Shown here: positions 26,401-41,400 of the stretch, piece by piece
Position numbering within the stretch: position 1 is the stretch's first letter
Layout of the letters: each line of letters begins with the position of its first letter
Assembly (NCBI RefSeq): GCF_001194135.2
Contig: NC_068987.1
Coordinates: 49,907,027 to 49,971,026, forward strand
DNA: 64,000 nt
From: Octopus bimaculoides
Taxonomy: Eukaryota
Direction of reading: 5' to 3'
Translations under genes and position numbers: made by a program
The notes under the pieces: model-generated
Told to the model about the DNA's origin: nothing
The model's database searches: none
Seen by the model: the letters and a program-made list of their open reading frames with translations, nothing else

Positions 26401-29400
26401 TCTGGTGTGAAAGCAAGGTGTGGAATCAAAGGACCTGAGAGTTAATTTAACAAAAACCTAAGTCCTAGTAAGTAGGAAAACAGAAAAATCACTGATCCCT
26501 TCAGGGAGATGGCTCTGCTCAATATGAAAGTGTTGGTAGAAATTCTATACTGTGTACCCAGTGGACACATAAAAAGTGCATGCATAAAACAAGTTTCTGT
26601 ACACTGCATCTACCAATCCCACTTTCACGAAATTGATTGGGCTGGCACTTTAGTAATAGAACAATGGGGCTGAACACAAAATTACATGGTTATGAAGCAA
26701 ACTTCATAATCATATAGTCATCCAAAAAGAATATTTATATACACACAAATGGACAGACAGGCAGACAAATATAAAAAAACAGCCATGTATTTTCTATTTC
26801 CAACTGAAATTTTAGATTTAATGGACATACACTCTTATGAAAGGTCATTATTAATAACTTAATGAAATATTTTATTCTAGAGAAAAGAGCAGGAAACTGA
26901 ATATGTCCAGAGGTAAACAAACAGTAGCAGCCAATAACAATAAATGACATTAAAATTATATTTTATATTTCTCACTTGAACAATATTTTTAGCAGCCATA
27001 GGACTCATTTTCTCATCAACCATCAAGATGACAATACCACGGTCATCAATTCCACGACGTCCAGCACGACCACTCATTTGAATATATTCACCAGATGTTA
27101 TCTAAATTTACAAAAATTAATAGAAAAATTTAAAAAAATAAAACAATTATGTAAATATATGGAGCTTGTAAGAAAAAAGAAAAAGAAAAACCCATTTCCC
27201 AGCCTAACATGAACCAGAATGGTTTTCAAAACTAGATACTTGTATGCAACTTACTGAAACAAGAGCTTATACAACAGATTGCTTTAACCCTTTTGATACC
27301 AATCTACTTGAGAACACTTCTGGTTCAATGATAGAAACTTTGTTTTATAGTAATCTAAATTAAAACCTTAAATATTCATGTTGATCTATGCTTCAAACAC
27401 CAGCTTAATAATGACAAAAACTCTAAACCAAAACAAAGGCAGAGTATATAAACAGAAATATAGTAACAAAAGGTTTAACCAACCAAGTCCTTATTGTCAG
27501 TATCTATTATGCATTATATTTTTGTAAGATGGTATAAGTTTAGTAGGTTTACATCAGCCTTCCAGACATCTTTGTTGTTTCGCGTGAAGTAGATGCAGTT
27601 TTCTCAGATCTATCCTACTATACTACTATTTCACAAATATTTCTTGCTTTGTTTCTGCTGTTATTTGATTATTTAGATACTACCAGCTATGTTGCAAAAC
27701 TGCATGAGGTTTTGGTTCAAGCCTACATATAAGTAGATGTTTTTTATTTACAAAAGAACAGAAAGAAAAAAAAAAACTTACCCATCTAAAATCTTTACCA
27801 TCAAACTTACGAGCAGAGGTGAATAAAACTGTCCTGGCAGGCATATTAAGACCCATGGCAAATGTTTCTGTAGCAAACAGAGCCTAAAAGGAAGAGAAAA
27901 AAAAATGGAGAAAAATTATCTATCATTAATACTGGACTATTTCTTGTACTAAATAAAACATCCAACTATGCTCACAGAAATGACCCAATTGTTTCAGTAT
28001 TTAACTATAGAATTTATAATTTAATTCAAATCCTGATGAGGTCAACTATGTTTTTCATCAGTCTGAAGTTAATAAAATAAAGCACCAGTCAAATAGTGAG
28101 GCCAATGTAATTAACCTTCTTTCCTCAGGAATTGTCAGCCTTGGGCCTAAATCAGAAAGTATTGTTATTATGATTATTATTGAAGGAGTGGATTGGTACT
28201 TCTGGTTCCTTAAATTCTAATTTCAAATCCCACTGAAGTTTGATTTGCCTTTCATCCTTTCAGTACTGGGATTAATGATTACTGAAAACTACTGGTTGTG
28301 CCCCTAAATCATCATCATAACTCACATCTTTTTCCATTACTTGAATTCATTAACAGTAAATGAAACAACAGCCTTTTGAATACAGGCAGTGTTATATGCT
28401 TCAATCAACCATGAAAGCACGTCCAAGCTTCTTAACATGTTACATAGACTCATAATAATGACTAGGATGTTCATTGTTCAATAGAATAGGGGACCATTAC
28501 CTTGCTTCAAAACAAGGGAGGGTTGATGACAAAAAGGGTATCTGGCTGTAGAAAAAATATGCCTCAATAAATTCCGTTTGACCCATGCAAGCATGAAAAA
28601 CAATGGGTGTTAAAATGTTGATGAAAATAATAAAAAAATTACTGGGTTGGAGCTCCCAAATAACGAAGATAACAAGTCTGAACAATTAACATGTTTACAT
28701 GTTTCATTGGTGATTGAGCTTTTAGCTAAGTTTTAAATGTTTTAAAAGGTAAAAAGGTAAGCAATATTATAAAAATTAATTTAACAAACACACATGAAAC
28801 AGTATTAGGCCAAAATACCTGTGTATAAAACATTTACAAAGTATATGCAAATGTAGAACAGCACCAGCTGTAATATTTTGTCTCAGAGAAACTTTTTAAA
28901 GAGATCTGTTAAAAAAAAGAAGTAGGGTTTGCTCAGATTGCTGGCATATCACAAGATACAGAGTTTCAACCTAACTTGGTCTCCTCAGGGACAACACCTC
29001 CAGACAGTGTGAGCTAAGCCGCAAAATATTTGTTCCAATATAGAAATTGATGAACAACATTTACTGATCTGTGTTAGAAGCAGTACTAAAATACTGATGT
29101 GTAAATGTTACACATATCGGTATTTTGATTAGAAAAATTATATAAATTAAGCTTTAAATACAAACCTTGATGAGACCTTCAGCAAAAAGTATCTCAATGG
29201 TCTCCTTCAAAAGAGGAAGTAAACCACCATGATGGATTCCAATTCCCTTTTTAAGTAAAGGAAGTACATTTTCAACCTGAAAATATTAAGCCATAAGAAA
29301 AAGTTAGCAAAAAATATCATTTGATCCTATGATAAAACTGTTGTTTGATGTCAAAATACACAGTAAATATTAAAACTTCCTAAATTTAATAACATTTATT

Positions 29401-32400
29401 TTAGAACAAAAATCATTTCAAAACGTTTTCAGCTTATTAGCCAAACTGGCATACTTTTAGTCTGGCATCCTCTTCTTAAGATGTTTTTTTTATGGGCAGT
29501 GCATGATGAAACTTCACATTCAAGAATTAAGTTGTGAATGCATCATACTGGTAGCAAACAACAGACTCTAACTTGTAGAGATATTGGCTTTGATTATCTG
29601 TGATTTGCTGTGACTGACTGGTCAAAACTAAGATATCTTTATGCTACAGCAATGATTAGGAGCAGCTGCATTCTATATAATATTTGTGACATCCAAGTAA
29701 TTAATCACTCACTGCTTGTTTCTTTGAGATTTCTCAGGGTTCCAGGAGTGGAGGAGAAGCAAGTTATGGTGACAGTTAGGATTAAAAAAGATTACATATT
29801 ATATCAATGAGAAATGGACATCAGAATTGGAAGTCACCATACTTTGAGTTCCGAGTTCAGATCTCACCTGGCTCTATATTGCTTTTCATTTTTTCATGTG
29901 TTAAGCACTGGATTAGATGTATATAGACTACATCCTACAGGGTATTACTTGAAAATCCAAAAATGATTATTTATGAAATTACTCTTTATCATCACAACTG
30001 TGTCAATTAAAACAAAATAAAACAATACTGACCTGTGGCAATTTCTTGTCACTGTCCGACAAACTGTCAATGGCATTATTGAACACTTCCACAACTAAAT
30101 TTTTTTCCTCAGCTTCAATTGAATAAAAAGGATTTCAAAATCAATAACAGATAACTAAACTGTAACACTCAATAATACTTTATATTATTGAATAGAGCTA
30201 AGCAAATAATGTCTCTTTAAACATGATCACTGCTGTTTATTGAAATTACTTCACCACTCTTTTCTTAATAGAATTTAAAAGGTTAATGAACCTCCCTATT
30301 TGTCTTATGCCGCATAACAAAGAGATTATTTAGTTATAGTTCCAAAGTTATTAACTGATTGAAGGACAAATCATCCACCAGACAGAAACCTAGTGAAGCA
30401 CATAACATTACAAATAAAAGCTGTTACATAGTCTCAAAATCCAAGTGAACTGAAATAAGTACTTCCTATGCTTTGTATATTCCAGAAAGAGATAAATGTT
30501 ATTTCCCTATTTACTATTTTCTTTTTTAACATACGTATTTGTGAGCATGAACTAATTCATTTTTAACTGCTTCACTTTATTTAGTTAAGATATTGGAAGA
30601 TTTTGTTTTTATAGAGCAACTGATTAATTTTTAACAGTTCCACTATTATAGGGGCTCATAAAGAACTCAAATCTTTAAAGTTCATACATGAAATGATATG
30701 AACTCATGGTCCTATAGTGTAATACAAACAGCTTTTTTGCATTTGCTTTGCCAACAAAATGTTTCTCAAAATACCCACAGTTCATTTAGCTGATGACTAT
30801 GGCTTTGAATTAGGCAAGTGCAAATCATTTTAAATAAAGAAAATTTAAATGAAAATATTTCCCTGCCACTGATTTTATTTGATCTGCTGAGGCAAATGTT
30901 TCACAACAGAATGTTGAGGAAACCGCCATAATCTTAACTGCTTGCAAGAGAATATAACAATACCCATAGCAGCAACTTAAATATTTTTTGTTTTTGTCTT
31001 TCCTTTATTATCAGAAATCCAGTACCTAAACTATTTTCACTCACTGGAGATCTTCACAAAATTTTGGACCGATTTTCAATTTTATCTTACAAGAGCTCAC
31101 ATTAATAATTATTTGTACAGAATAACATGCTTATTGGTATTATTATCTATGGTTGACAGCTAATGAAGATTTGGAAGTTGTAGCATTACCTACCTACTCC
31201 AAACACATTCATGAACATGGAAAAAGTTAAAATAGCTTATACTGAAAATCAAAATTTAGTCACAACTTTAGCTCACTAGTATCATAACATATCACACCAT
31301 TATGAAAAGAAAACCAATGTGGTATTTACCAGAGTTAAAATCCAGTTTGGTCAGTTGGAGAGCGTAAGCTTCACAATCCTTCTTGCTAAAACTAAACACA
31401 ATTACAGGAGCAAAGTTTCTTTCCATAATCATCTTCACAATTTTGTAGCAGTTGGAATTATCTGAGGTTTCAACAAAAAAAAGAAACTGTAGGTTTTGAT
31501 TTGTTTTTAACCCTTCTGATACCAACCCACCCGAGACTACCTCCACTTCTATGACAAAACCTCTCAAAGTAGGCACATTTAAGCTAAAACTTTCCACCAT
31601 AATTTTATGAAAAAACTTTTTCAAGTTATATGTTTCAAATACTATCTTAATAATGACAACCTTAGCTATTTTATTTAATTCCTTTTGATTAATTTAAACA
31701 AATTCATTAAAAATATGGTTATGAAAGGACTAATATATTCAAATGGAAAACATTTATGAGAAGGAAATGTTTTTAATAAGTTGCTCAACACCTACTAATA
31801 TTGTTATTAAATAATAACTTTAAACAAATTAAATTGGAATTATATATATATAAAATCATCATCATCATTTTAATGCCTACTTTTCCATGATGGGGCAGTT
31901 TTCTCTGACCTGATTTCCTTTTTGTTGCTATCCCCCCGCCTATTTCCAAGTGATATAATAATCTCTCAGTCAATCAAAGAGTACCTTACACATGTTTACA
32001 TGGAATACCAAAACGAAATAACACTGAAATAAGCGTTTTTTGTTTACAATTATTGCACAACTTCTCGAGAAGCTCAGATATGCATTCATAGGTGAAGGTG
32101 TTGCTTACAACCAAAGAATGAACACACACATACATGATGGGCTTATTTCAGTTTCCATCTACCAAACCCATTCACAAGGCTTTGGTTTGGCCAGTTAGCT
32201 TCCGTTGGAGATAATTATGCAAGGTGCTGTGCAGTAGGACTGAACCTGAAACTTCTTAACCACACAGCTATGCCAGTAACTATTATATATATACACACAT
32301 ACCCATATAGAGATTTAACTAACCTCTGACACTGCCTTTCCTTCCACGAAGTCCCATATCTCCTCGAGCGTTTCCTCCAGCTTCTTGTAAAACTTGCATG

Positions 32401-35400
32401 GCAGTTGCAAAATTCTCTTCTCTAAATTCTCCCTGGCATAATTATATAAGGAAACAGAATATTCAGTTAAACCATTATGTGTGTGTGTTTGTTTTAAGCT
32501 TTAAAATACCATTATAACAGGGGCATACTTACATTCTCATCTACCACTAAATGAATGCCATCACCACCTGCAGGAAAGATGTAATGTTGCAATGGTGTTG
32601 GTCGATAATCAGTGTAAACAACATGACATGGCTGTAAAAAAAAATACAAAAATACAAATATAGAAAGTTTTGGGACATCATTTTCCATATGGAGCTAAAA
32701 AAAGGTTTCAAATGTTAGTTATTTGTTAATTTTGGTTCTGCTATCTCTTACAAAATTTTACTGTGGAAGTGGTGCTTAATATGATTGATTTCTGACAGAT
32801 TAATTTATCGAGTGGCCTGGCTCTCTCTGTTGGTTATGACGAGTGTTCCATTTAGCTCGATTAACGGAACAGCCTACATGTGAAATTAACATGCAAGTGG
32901 CTGAGCACTCCATAGACATGCATATCCTTAAGACAGTTCTCAGGGAGATTCAGCATGACACAATGTGACAAGGCTGGCCCTTTTGAAATACAGGTACAAC
33001 TCATTTTTTGCCAGCTGAGTAGACTGAAGTAATATGAAGTATTTTTTTGTTCAAGGGCACAATGCACCACCAGGAATCGAACTCATAGCTTAATGATTGT
33101 GAACTAAATATCTTAAGCACTAAGTCAGGAGCATTTCAATTTATCAAGTAACTAAGATCAATAGGAGTTGAACTATTTATATGTTCACATTCATATGACA
33201 TGTTCCTGGACCAGTTGGTCCAAAGAGCTAGTGATAAAGATAGTATGGATATTTCTCATATATCTAAGAATAATGTACAAATACAAACTTCATATTACAG
33301 ATGAAAATATTTATTTGTAACAGAAAAACTGAAGGTTACAAAGGAAGGTGAGTGAGTATTTATTAGTACCATCATCATCATTAACCTCGCTTAACAATTT
33401 AGCATTTAAATTGGCCATATCAGGACCAAATATTATCAAATTAACAACTTCTAAGACGAACTTCAAAATCAAGCCCAAACTAAAAATAAAGCAATGTTTA
33501 AATGTTCACTACAGAAATGTCCATAAGTATCATGGAAGAGATGACAAAGCACCAGGATGACTCATAGCATGAGATTCTGTAAGATCGTGTATCTATGTAT
33601 GCATATGTGTATACAATGAGATGCTGTAAAGTTCCTGGCTTTAAGGGTATCGTGAAAGGCCTAGTTGGAGGCCCAACCTTCTGAGTTCTTTCACTGAGCT
33701 TAGAAAAACTGAAGGTCTGGTGTAGTAAGTGTGTAAATCTGAGAGAAGAATATGCTGAATAAAATCATAATTAACTGAGCCTCCTGTATTTCCTTTTACC
33801 CAAAGCCAGGAACTTTTCAGCACCCACTCATAAATGCACAACTGCCCCCATCCCTTTCCTACTCAAGACATTCCCACTGCCATGTACTAGTCTGCTGTTG
33901 TAGTTAAATGTGAGCAGAAAAGCATACTTCAGTTCTTCCCCACCGATACCACTTACCCCTCTTACCATCTGAAATCATTTCACTGTTATGCATCTTTCAT
34001 TAACACTTTCTTTTCCATCTACATTTTAGATTGATCACCTTCCTCACCCACCAAATTATTTCTCTTCCCACCCATCAGTCACTTCCTTCTCCATTCACTA
34101 CATCTCCCCCACACTCTTACAACCTACTCCTCAACCATACACCAATTTCCCTATCTCCCTTTCACTCCTCATCTTCTCTACACTATTCCTCACACCACCA
34201 CCACCACCACCACTATGCCCTCTTTTCTGCAGTCAGTCAACTCCTCTCCCCTACTTATCATCCCTCAACATTTGTTCATAATATTCACCATCTCCCACAA
34301 CTGCTACCCACCCACACTTTCACTCACCACATATCTTGAGGTCCACCCTGACAGCTTATCACCATTATTTTTCACTCCAGTTCCACTGCCCACCCCCACC
34401 CCTTCTTCTATAGCTATGTAACTCCCCTACAGCAAGAAACTTGTTCTCTTCTGGCCCCTTCTCTTTCACTTTAACCCTTCATCTCATAGCATAAAGCTGC
34501 CTCCCTTTCTACTAATCTTCACACAGTCAAAGGGGATGTTAGTCTTGCAGGCTGCATAGTGACCTCACTAGTGTTTATGTGACAAAAAAAAAAAAAAGCA
34601 TCCAGTAGACACAGTAAAGTAGTTGGTGTTAGGAAAGGGATTCAACTGTAGAAATTATGCTGGTGCAGACATCAGAGCATAATGCAGACTCTGGACCCAT
34701 CCGATTCTGCCAGCTTGTCCAACCCATGACAGCATGGAACATGGACATTAAATGATAATGATAATTATAAGTACACTTACACAATTGGTCTATAAACATG
34801 AGAACATACAATCTCAAATATTTCCAGAATTCTTCACTTACCTGGTTATGAAGATGACATATCCACTCAGCAAATTGTCGTGCATTAGGGATAGTGGCTG
34901 ATAGAAATACATAGTGTACATTATCAGGAAGGAGGATAATGGTTTCTTCCCAAACAACACCTCGTTCTGAATAGAAACAAAAGGAATTTAAATGACAGAA
35001 GAAAATATTACTGAGAGAGAGCTGCAACAGGATTACAGGCAAGCTAACCAACAAAATCATTGAGTCAAAGGTAAAAGAGCAATAATAAAAGTAACACACC
35101 TTTATCTCTCATATAATGAATCTCATCAAATATCACCCAAGCAACTTCTCTCATGATCTCTGATCCTCGATATAACATACTTCTCAAAATCTGTGGAGAG
35201 AAAGTTATTGTAATTACTATAATGTTTGTCAGTATTAAAATGTAATTGTTTATAATTAACAAAGAAAAATAAAGAGCTGATATATAGATGTATTGGTAAG
35301 GAGTGTCAAAGCATTTGAAGATGCAGAGAATAAGCCAACGGATAAGAAAACCTATCTATTTCATTGCCATGTTTCAAATGTAAATATTCAAAATTTCTAA

Positions 35401-38400
35401 TGAAAATGCTTGAAAAATAAGCTTCTTACATAAAAATTATCATCGTAATGGAAGGTTTTAATTTTGATATGAATATGTAAAAAAAAAAGGCAGGTTTTGA
35501 ATCACAAAACCAGAAATGGTCTCAAGTAGGTTAGTATCAAAAGGGTTAATTTGATTGTTTTATAAGTTATATCTATCTGACTTGAATCATTACATTTAAC
35601 CCAAAATAAACAACAAGAGATCCTAATATGATAAAAAATAATTTGCAAGGCAGTAAAAATTTTATGACATGCCAACAATTAAAGTGTCTTCAATATCTCT
35701 CTGGTTCATTGACCTAGAGGTATAAAAGATAAAACTGAACTTCAAGATGCTATTTTAACGATAATTTACCTTATGTCCAAATGGCATCAGAAATATTTCA
35801 GAAAGCAAGTAAAACAATGATACCTTTCTCAAGGACAACAATATAAGTAAAATAACTAACTAATAATTAAAACAAGGCTGCTGATACAGCTTAGCTTCAG
35901 TTGTACTATAACCATAACAATTTCATACTTAAGTGCTAGTCAACAACTTTCTGAAGACCTAGGAATATGATGTTCATGACTTTCTGAAAGATTTAGACTT
36001 CAACTAGAAATTAAACTTTAACTCAATTCACAAAATTTCTTGCTCTACTGCAATTGTTACTAAGCTACAAATAACAACAAAATTGTTTCTCTGTACAATT
36101 AAATCTTCAGTGTAAATGAGCTTCTGCAATAAACAATACAAATTAAAGAAACTTACTTCAGTTGTCATGACTAAACAACTAGCAGTTGGGTTGATAGTTA
36201 CATCTCCGGTCATCAAACCAACATCTTGAAACTCTTCAAACAATTCTCGATATTTCTGGTTGCTTAATGCTTTAATAGGAGATGTGTATATAACACGCTG
36301 CTTCTTTTGGAGCGACATTGCAATGGCATAGCTGGAAATATAAATTGATAAATTCTCATTCTAACTGAAGACAAGAATAAATTTATCAAAGCATACTCAA
36401 ACATGGTGGTTGTTGCTGCTACTCCATTGTCAAACCCGATGCAGCTTTCTAGCTTGCCAGCTCGTCAAACCATCCAACCCATGCCAGCATGGTAAATGGA
36501 TGTTAAACACAATGATAATAATTTTTTTCATCTGGTTTGGGTTGGATGGACTAGCAAATACAGCATTTCACCATGAATCTCAATTCTACATCTTTTCTTT
36601 GAGGCTCAATGCTCTGATTTCTGGCTTACAATAATTTCATCCTCAGCCATCCTTCGACTGCTATACCACTGATCATTATCATAATTTAACATAAATGTTC
36701 GAAGCTGACATGGGTTGGATGGTTTAACAGGCTCCAATGCTTCCAAAATCTGCACTATACTCCAATGTGCCCTTTAGCATGGTTTCTACAGCTGGATACC
36801 CTTCCTAATGCCAACTATTTTACAGTGTTTATTGAATGCATATTTCATGGCACCAGCACTAGTGAGGCTGCCATACAGCTTGCATTACTAGGAACCCCAA
36901 GAGAGGCAGCTTTATGCTAGATGAGGGGTTAGCATATGAAATAAGAAGCCATAGCAGAACAGGTTTCTTGCAGTAGAGGAGCTACATGGCTACTCACATT
37001 ATAGAAAAGATGGGTGTGATTGGGACAGGGCTAAAGAGATAAAAATAGTGATGATGAGGTGTTTGAGCAGACCCTCAAAGTAGGAGTGAAGTAGAGGCTG
37101 TAAGAGTGTATGGAGGATGACAGATGGGTTAGGGTGAGGGGTTGAATATAATGAATGAAAAATAAATGGTGAAGGATAAATAAGGGGAGTTAGGAAGAGT
37201 AAATAACGACTCTAAAATGGGGTTGAGAGATGAATGTAGAGAATGGTTGATGGGGGTGAACAGCAGCAGAATAGTAATGATCAATATAGTAAACAGAGGA
37301 TGGATGAGAGATGCCATGTATTTGAATAGGTTGCAACAGTGTTGCAAGAAGTGGGGGAGACAGGTAGGCAGTGCATGGGGAGTGTGAAACATGGTGATAG
37401 GAAAAGAAAAATAATTTGGAACCCCCTGCATATCCAAACCAAATGCCGATATCTCTATATTTCTACTGCCTACTCATTTTCTTAACTCACACGCAACCTT
37501 AAAATATTTTGTTGTTTCTGGACAGGGCACTTAATTTCATATACTTCAGTCCACCCAATCGTGAAGATTAAATGCCAGAAACCAACAAAAACAGATCAAC
37601 TGTTCTATCTAGTAAATTTACTCACACTAAATCTCTATTTTTCAGTCAAGGTTACAAGTTGGAATCTAAAGCAGGGTTATTTCTACTGCATGTTAAAAGC
37701 TACATATTAAACACCAATTTCCAATATTGGCACAGGTTTACAAATTTGTAGTAAGTACAATTGACTGAAATTATTGTATTTACTTGTGCTTAAGTGGCAC
37801 TATTAATAACTAAGAGGTAATATTTATCCCCTCTTAATGTGGATGTTCTTTTAGAACAAACTATACTATGGTATTGTAGCAAGAGTATATTTTGTACCAA
37901 AAAGCCAATATGGGAGTTTCTCCCATGGTAACTACTACAGTATAGTTTGTTCTAATAGAATGTCCACGTTTAAGTGGGGATAAATTTTATTCTTGATTTA
38001 AGTGAAGAACATAGGGGAGTGGGGGAGGCAAATTATACATGGAGCAAAGCTAAACCTATAAAGGCAAAAAATTTTGTACCAAGATTTAACACTAAATTAG
38101 GTGTACAACTTATACATGAGTAAATACAGTACCTTAGTAGATGACAAATACTTATTTCAAGGATACTTGTGAATGAAACATTTCAACATCTAACTCACAA
38201 ATAAATGATTGTTGTAAGTCACCCAAGGAATTAATGGTTTTTGTTAATCTAAAATTTTTTATACACTTGTAAAAATAATAATATCAGATTATCTGGAATG
38301 TCAAAAAAAAAAAAGTACTGTAAATCAAGGAGATCTCAAACTGTAATACTTACACAGCAACAACTGTTTTGCCAGCTGATGTGTGTGCAGATACCAATAC

Positions 38401-41400
38401 AGACTGGTTGTTTTCTAAACATAAAAGTGCTTCCTTTTGGAATGGATCAAGAATAAAAGGAAATTCCTGAGCAGGTTTTTCAGGGGGAGGTTTCAAAGGA
38501 ACAAATTCTTCATCAGGAGGTAGAGCAACCTGTGCAGAGAGGAAGAGAGAGAAATTTAAAACACTCTCAATGTTATTATGAAAGCATGATCATTTAAGAA
38601 ACTGTTGTAATAAATTAAATGCTGAGATACGTGATTAAAAAAAAAAATGATTAATAACAGCATTTAAATTATAATAAGTGATCCTCTATTGCGTTTTTCA
38701 ATAAGAGCATTTCAACAAATTGGTATTTTAATGCTTTTTTTTACCATAATTTTATTGAAATACATTATCTTTCTAGCAATTAATTTCAAAAATAATGAAG
38801 TATTTAGTAAAATAATTGTGGTTGTTAAGCTGGTGTTTGGAACATAATTTAACAGGAAATATTGATAGAAAGATGGATTGTATCTAAGAAGCAGGAGTGG
38901 CTTTGGGCAGGGCAGTATCAAAAGAATTAAATAAAGTGGCAAGTTATGTAGAAAGACAAAAACATGTCTTGAGCCGTAACTTTAGTCAGCTGTTTTATTG
39001 TATCAATTTAGAAAGGAATCACCAATACTGTAAGGCCAAAGGTAGGCTGCAGCAACATAGACCAAATGGTAAAGAAAGTCAAAAGAAGCGGATGTTGGTG
39101 AGCTGTGAGAGAAATTAAACTAACATTTTAGGTTGAAAGCCTCAATTGAAGGATTATCAAATCATTGCAGAGTATGCCTGCTTGTGTGTATGCACACATA
39201 TAGCTAGTACTTCAAAGTCTGTATCAACACTGGAGTGTGAAAAATACAGAATTTCTCTACAGAAACTTAAGGCATCATTGTCATTTACCATCCACTTTCC
39301 ATGCTTGCATGGGTCTGATAAAATTTGTTGAGGCAGATTTTTAACAACCAAATGTCCTTCCTGTCACCAACCCTCACCTATTTCCAAGCAAGGCAATATT
39401 TCCCATGCCCAGATATGTTTTTAATGGAAAACTGAAAACAGACACCACTTGTATTATGGTGATGCTTGTTTATAACCATCATGTAATGTCAAGACAAGGG
39501 TACACAAAAGCATATGTGCATGCAGACACACATACATATATTAACAAGCTTCTTTCATAAGGCAGTGAGCTGGCAGAAACGTTAGCATACCAGGCAAAAT
39601 GATTAGCGACATTTCGTCTATCTTTACGTTCTGAGTTCAAATTCCGCCAAGGTTGACTTAGCCTTTCATCCTTTTGGGGTTGATTAAATAACTACCAGTT
39701 ACGCAATGAGGTCAATGTAATTGACTCCAGTAATTCCTTTTGTCTGTCCTTGTTTGTCCCTTCTATGTTTAGCCCCCTGTGGGCAACAAATAAATAAACA
39801 CGCTTCTTTTGGTTTCCATCTACTAAATTCACTTGCTAGGTTTGATTGGCTTTGGGCTACAACAGATGATACTTGCTCAAGGTGTCACACAGAACATAAT
39901 CTCAAAGAAACTGATGAATTGGGTAAAAAGGGTAGAGACTGGACTATGTTGTTAAAAATAACTCAAGTATACAAAGGATTGCTTAATAGAGACAAATGAT
40001 AAAAAAAAACTTAAAGAACTGAAGACCTGTTAAAAGAAAACGAACAAAAAATAATAATAATGGAACATCATCTAACTTTACAAAATGTATTACCTCATGT
40101 GTGCAAGACTCCAAAGTCTCAACTTTGTGGACCTGGATACGAGGCATAACTTCTGCAGCTGCACTAGAAACAGAAAATTAAAATCAAGTTCAGTTTTAAG
40201 AGTTTGTAATTATTACTGCCATCATACACAAATTGGAAAAATGAAATTAGAAAACATGAACATAAAATATAATGTCCCACTTAGCATCTCTTACAGAAAC
40301 ACTATATGTAGATTTTAAAATAAGGCTACTATACTGTCTAGACCTACACTTTACAACAATATCTCTTGCACACCTACTCAACACCTTTTCTGTTCCTCTA
40401 TCTATATTCTCTCTCTAATAGTAACCTTGCAAAAGATTAAGTTTACCTGTACAAATTTATTAAAACATTGTATCTACAGAATAGAAATTAAATCCAAAAT
40501 TTGTTAATATCTTAAAAACAGAATTGCTTCAACCAGATCTGCTTTCTTCATAGAAACCCTTAAATCTAATTTATTTTCAGTGATGAAATAAATAAAGCCA
40601 AGAAAAAAAAACAGTCGAATTAGTATTTGTGAAGTTATGAATTTTAATACATTATATTTTACATTTAGTTGGAGTCAGTATATTTTCACTGATTCCAGTA
40701 AAATACTAAATATTACCAACTTCAACTTGCACAGCTTTGCCTAGAACTAATGATAAACAACAGCTATGAGGTTAAGTGAATCAAATCCTTACATTCATTA
40801 CTTTTGTTTTAAATATCTCCAAGAACTATTTAAAATGTTGCTGCTTATCCAAATCTTTAAAAGCTACCCAATTCATGTTAGCCTGGGAAACAGTTTTAAA
40901 AGATAGAAATGAAATTGAGTAAAAAATTTACAGATATTTTTACAAAATTGTTTTAAAAAACTCAATACTTACGCAAGATCCTCATGGTCAGCTTTTAATT
41001 TCTTGGAACTAATTACATCAGGGTTGTCAATCTCTCGCTTTTTAACGATACTCCTGAGTAAATCCTCAGCCCTGAATAAGTTAAATTGATGCAAATAATC
41101 GCAATCATTTTTATGAAATATTTAATTACTTTAAGAATTTACAAACTTTTTCACTGACATTTATTATAATGGTGTTTGTGATCATAGAGTTATTAATTCT
41201 AATCAAGCTACAGCTGGTGTCAGCCACCATTTCAAATGGTCTCACAAATTGCTATGTCTTAGGATGATGTATATGTACCATGTAAATATGAATGGGGAAA
41301 ACAGTATGATTGAGGCAAGGTGAAGGAGAAATGGGAGAATAATGACAGAGAGTAAACGAGTCACTAATTAGAAATTGTTTGCTGGCAAGAAAGAGTGCAA

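Noticed and set aside
31462-31624. In-frame open extension upstream of MTR4 exon 10
   Set aside because: Derived from an intronic MITE; the true acceptor at 31462-31463 restores phase and homology
38990-39110. HPLLL peptide resembling the PCNX4 C-terminus
   Set aside because: The adjacent sequence fits a Penelope-like RT remnant better. It shows that short matches can be coincidental, so it was not counted.
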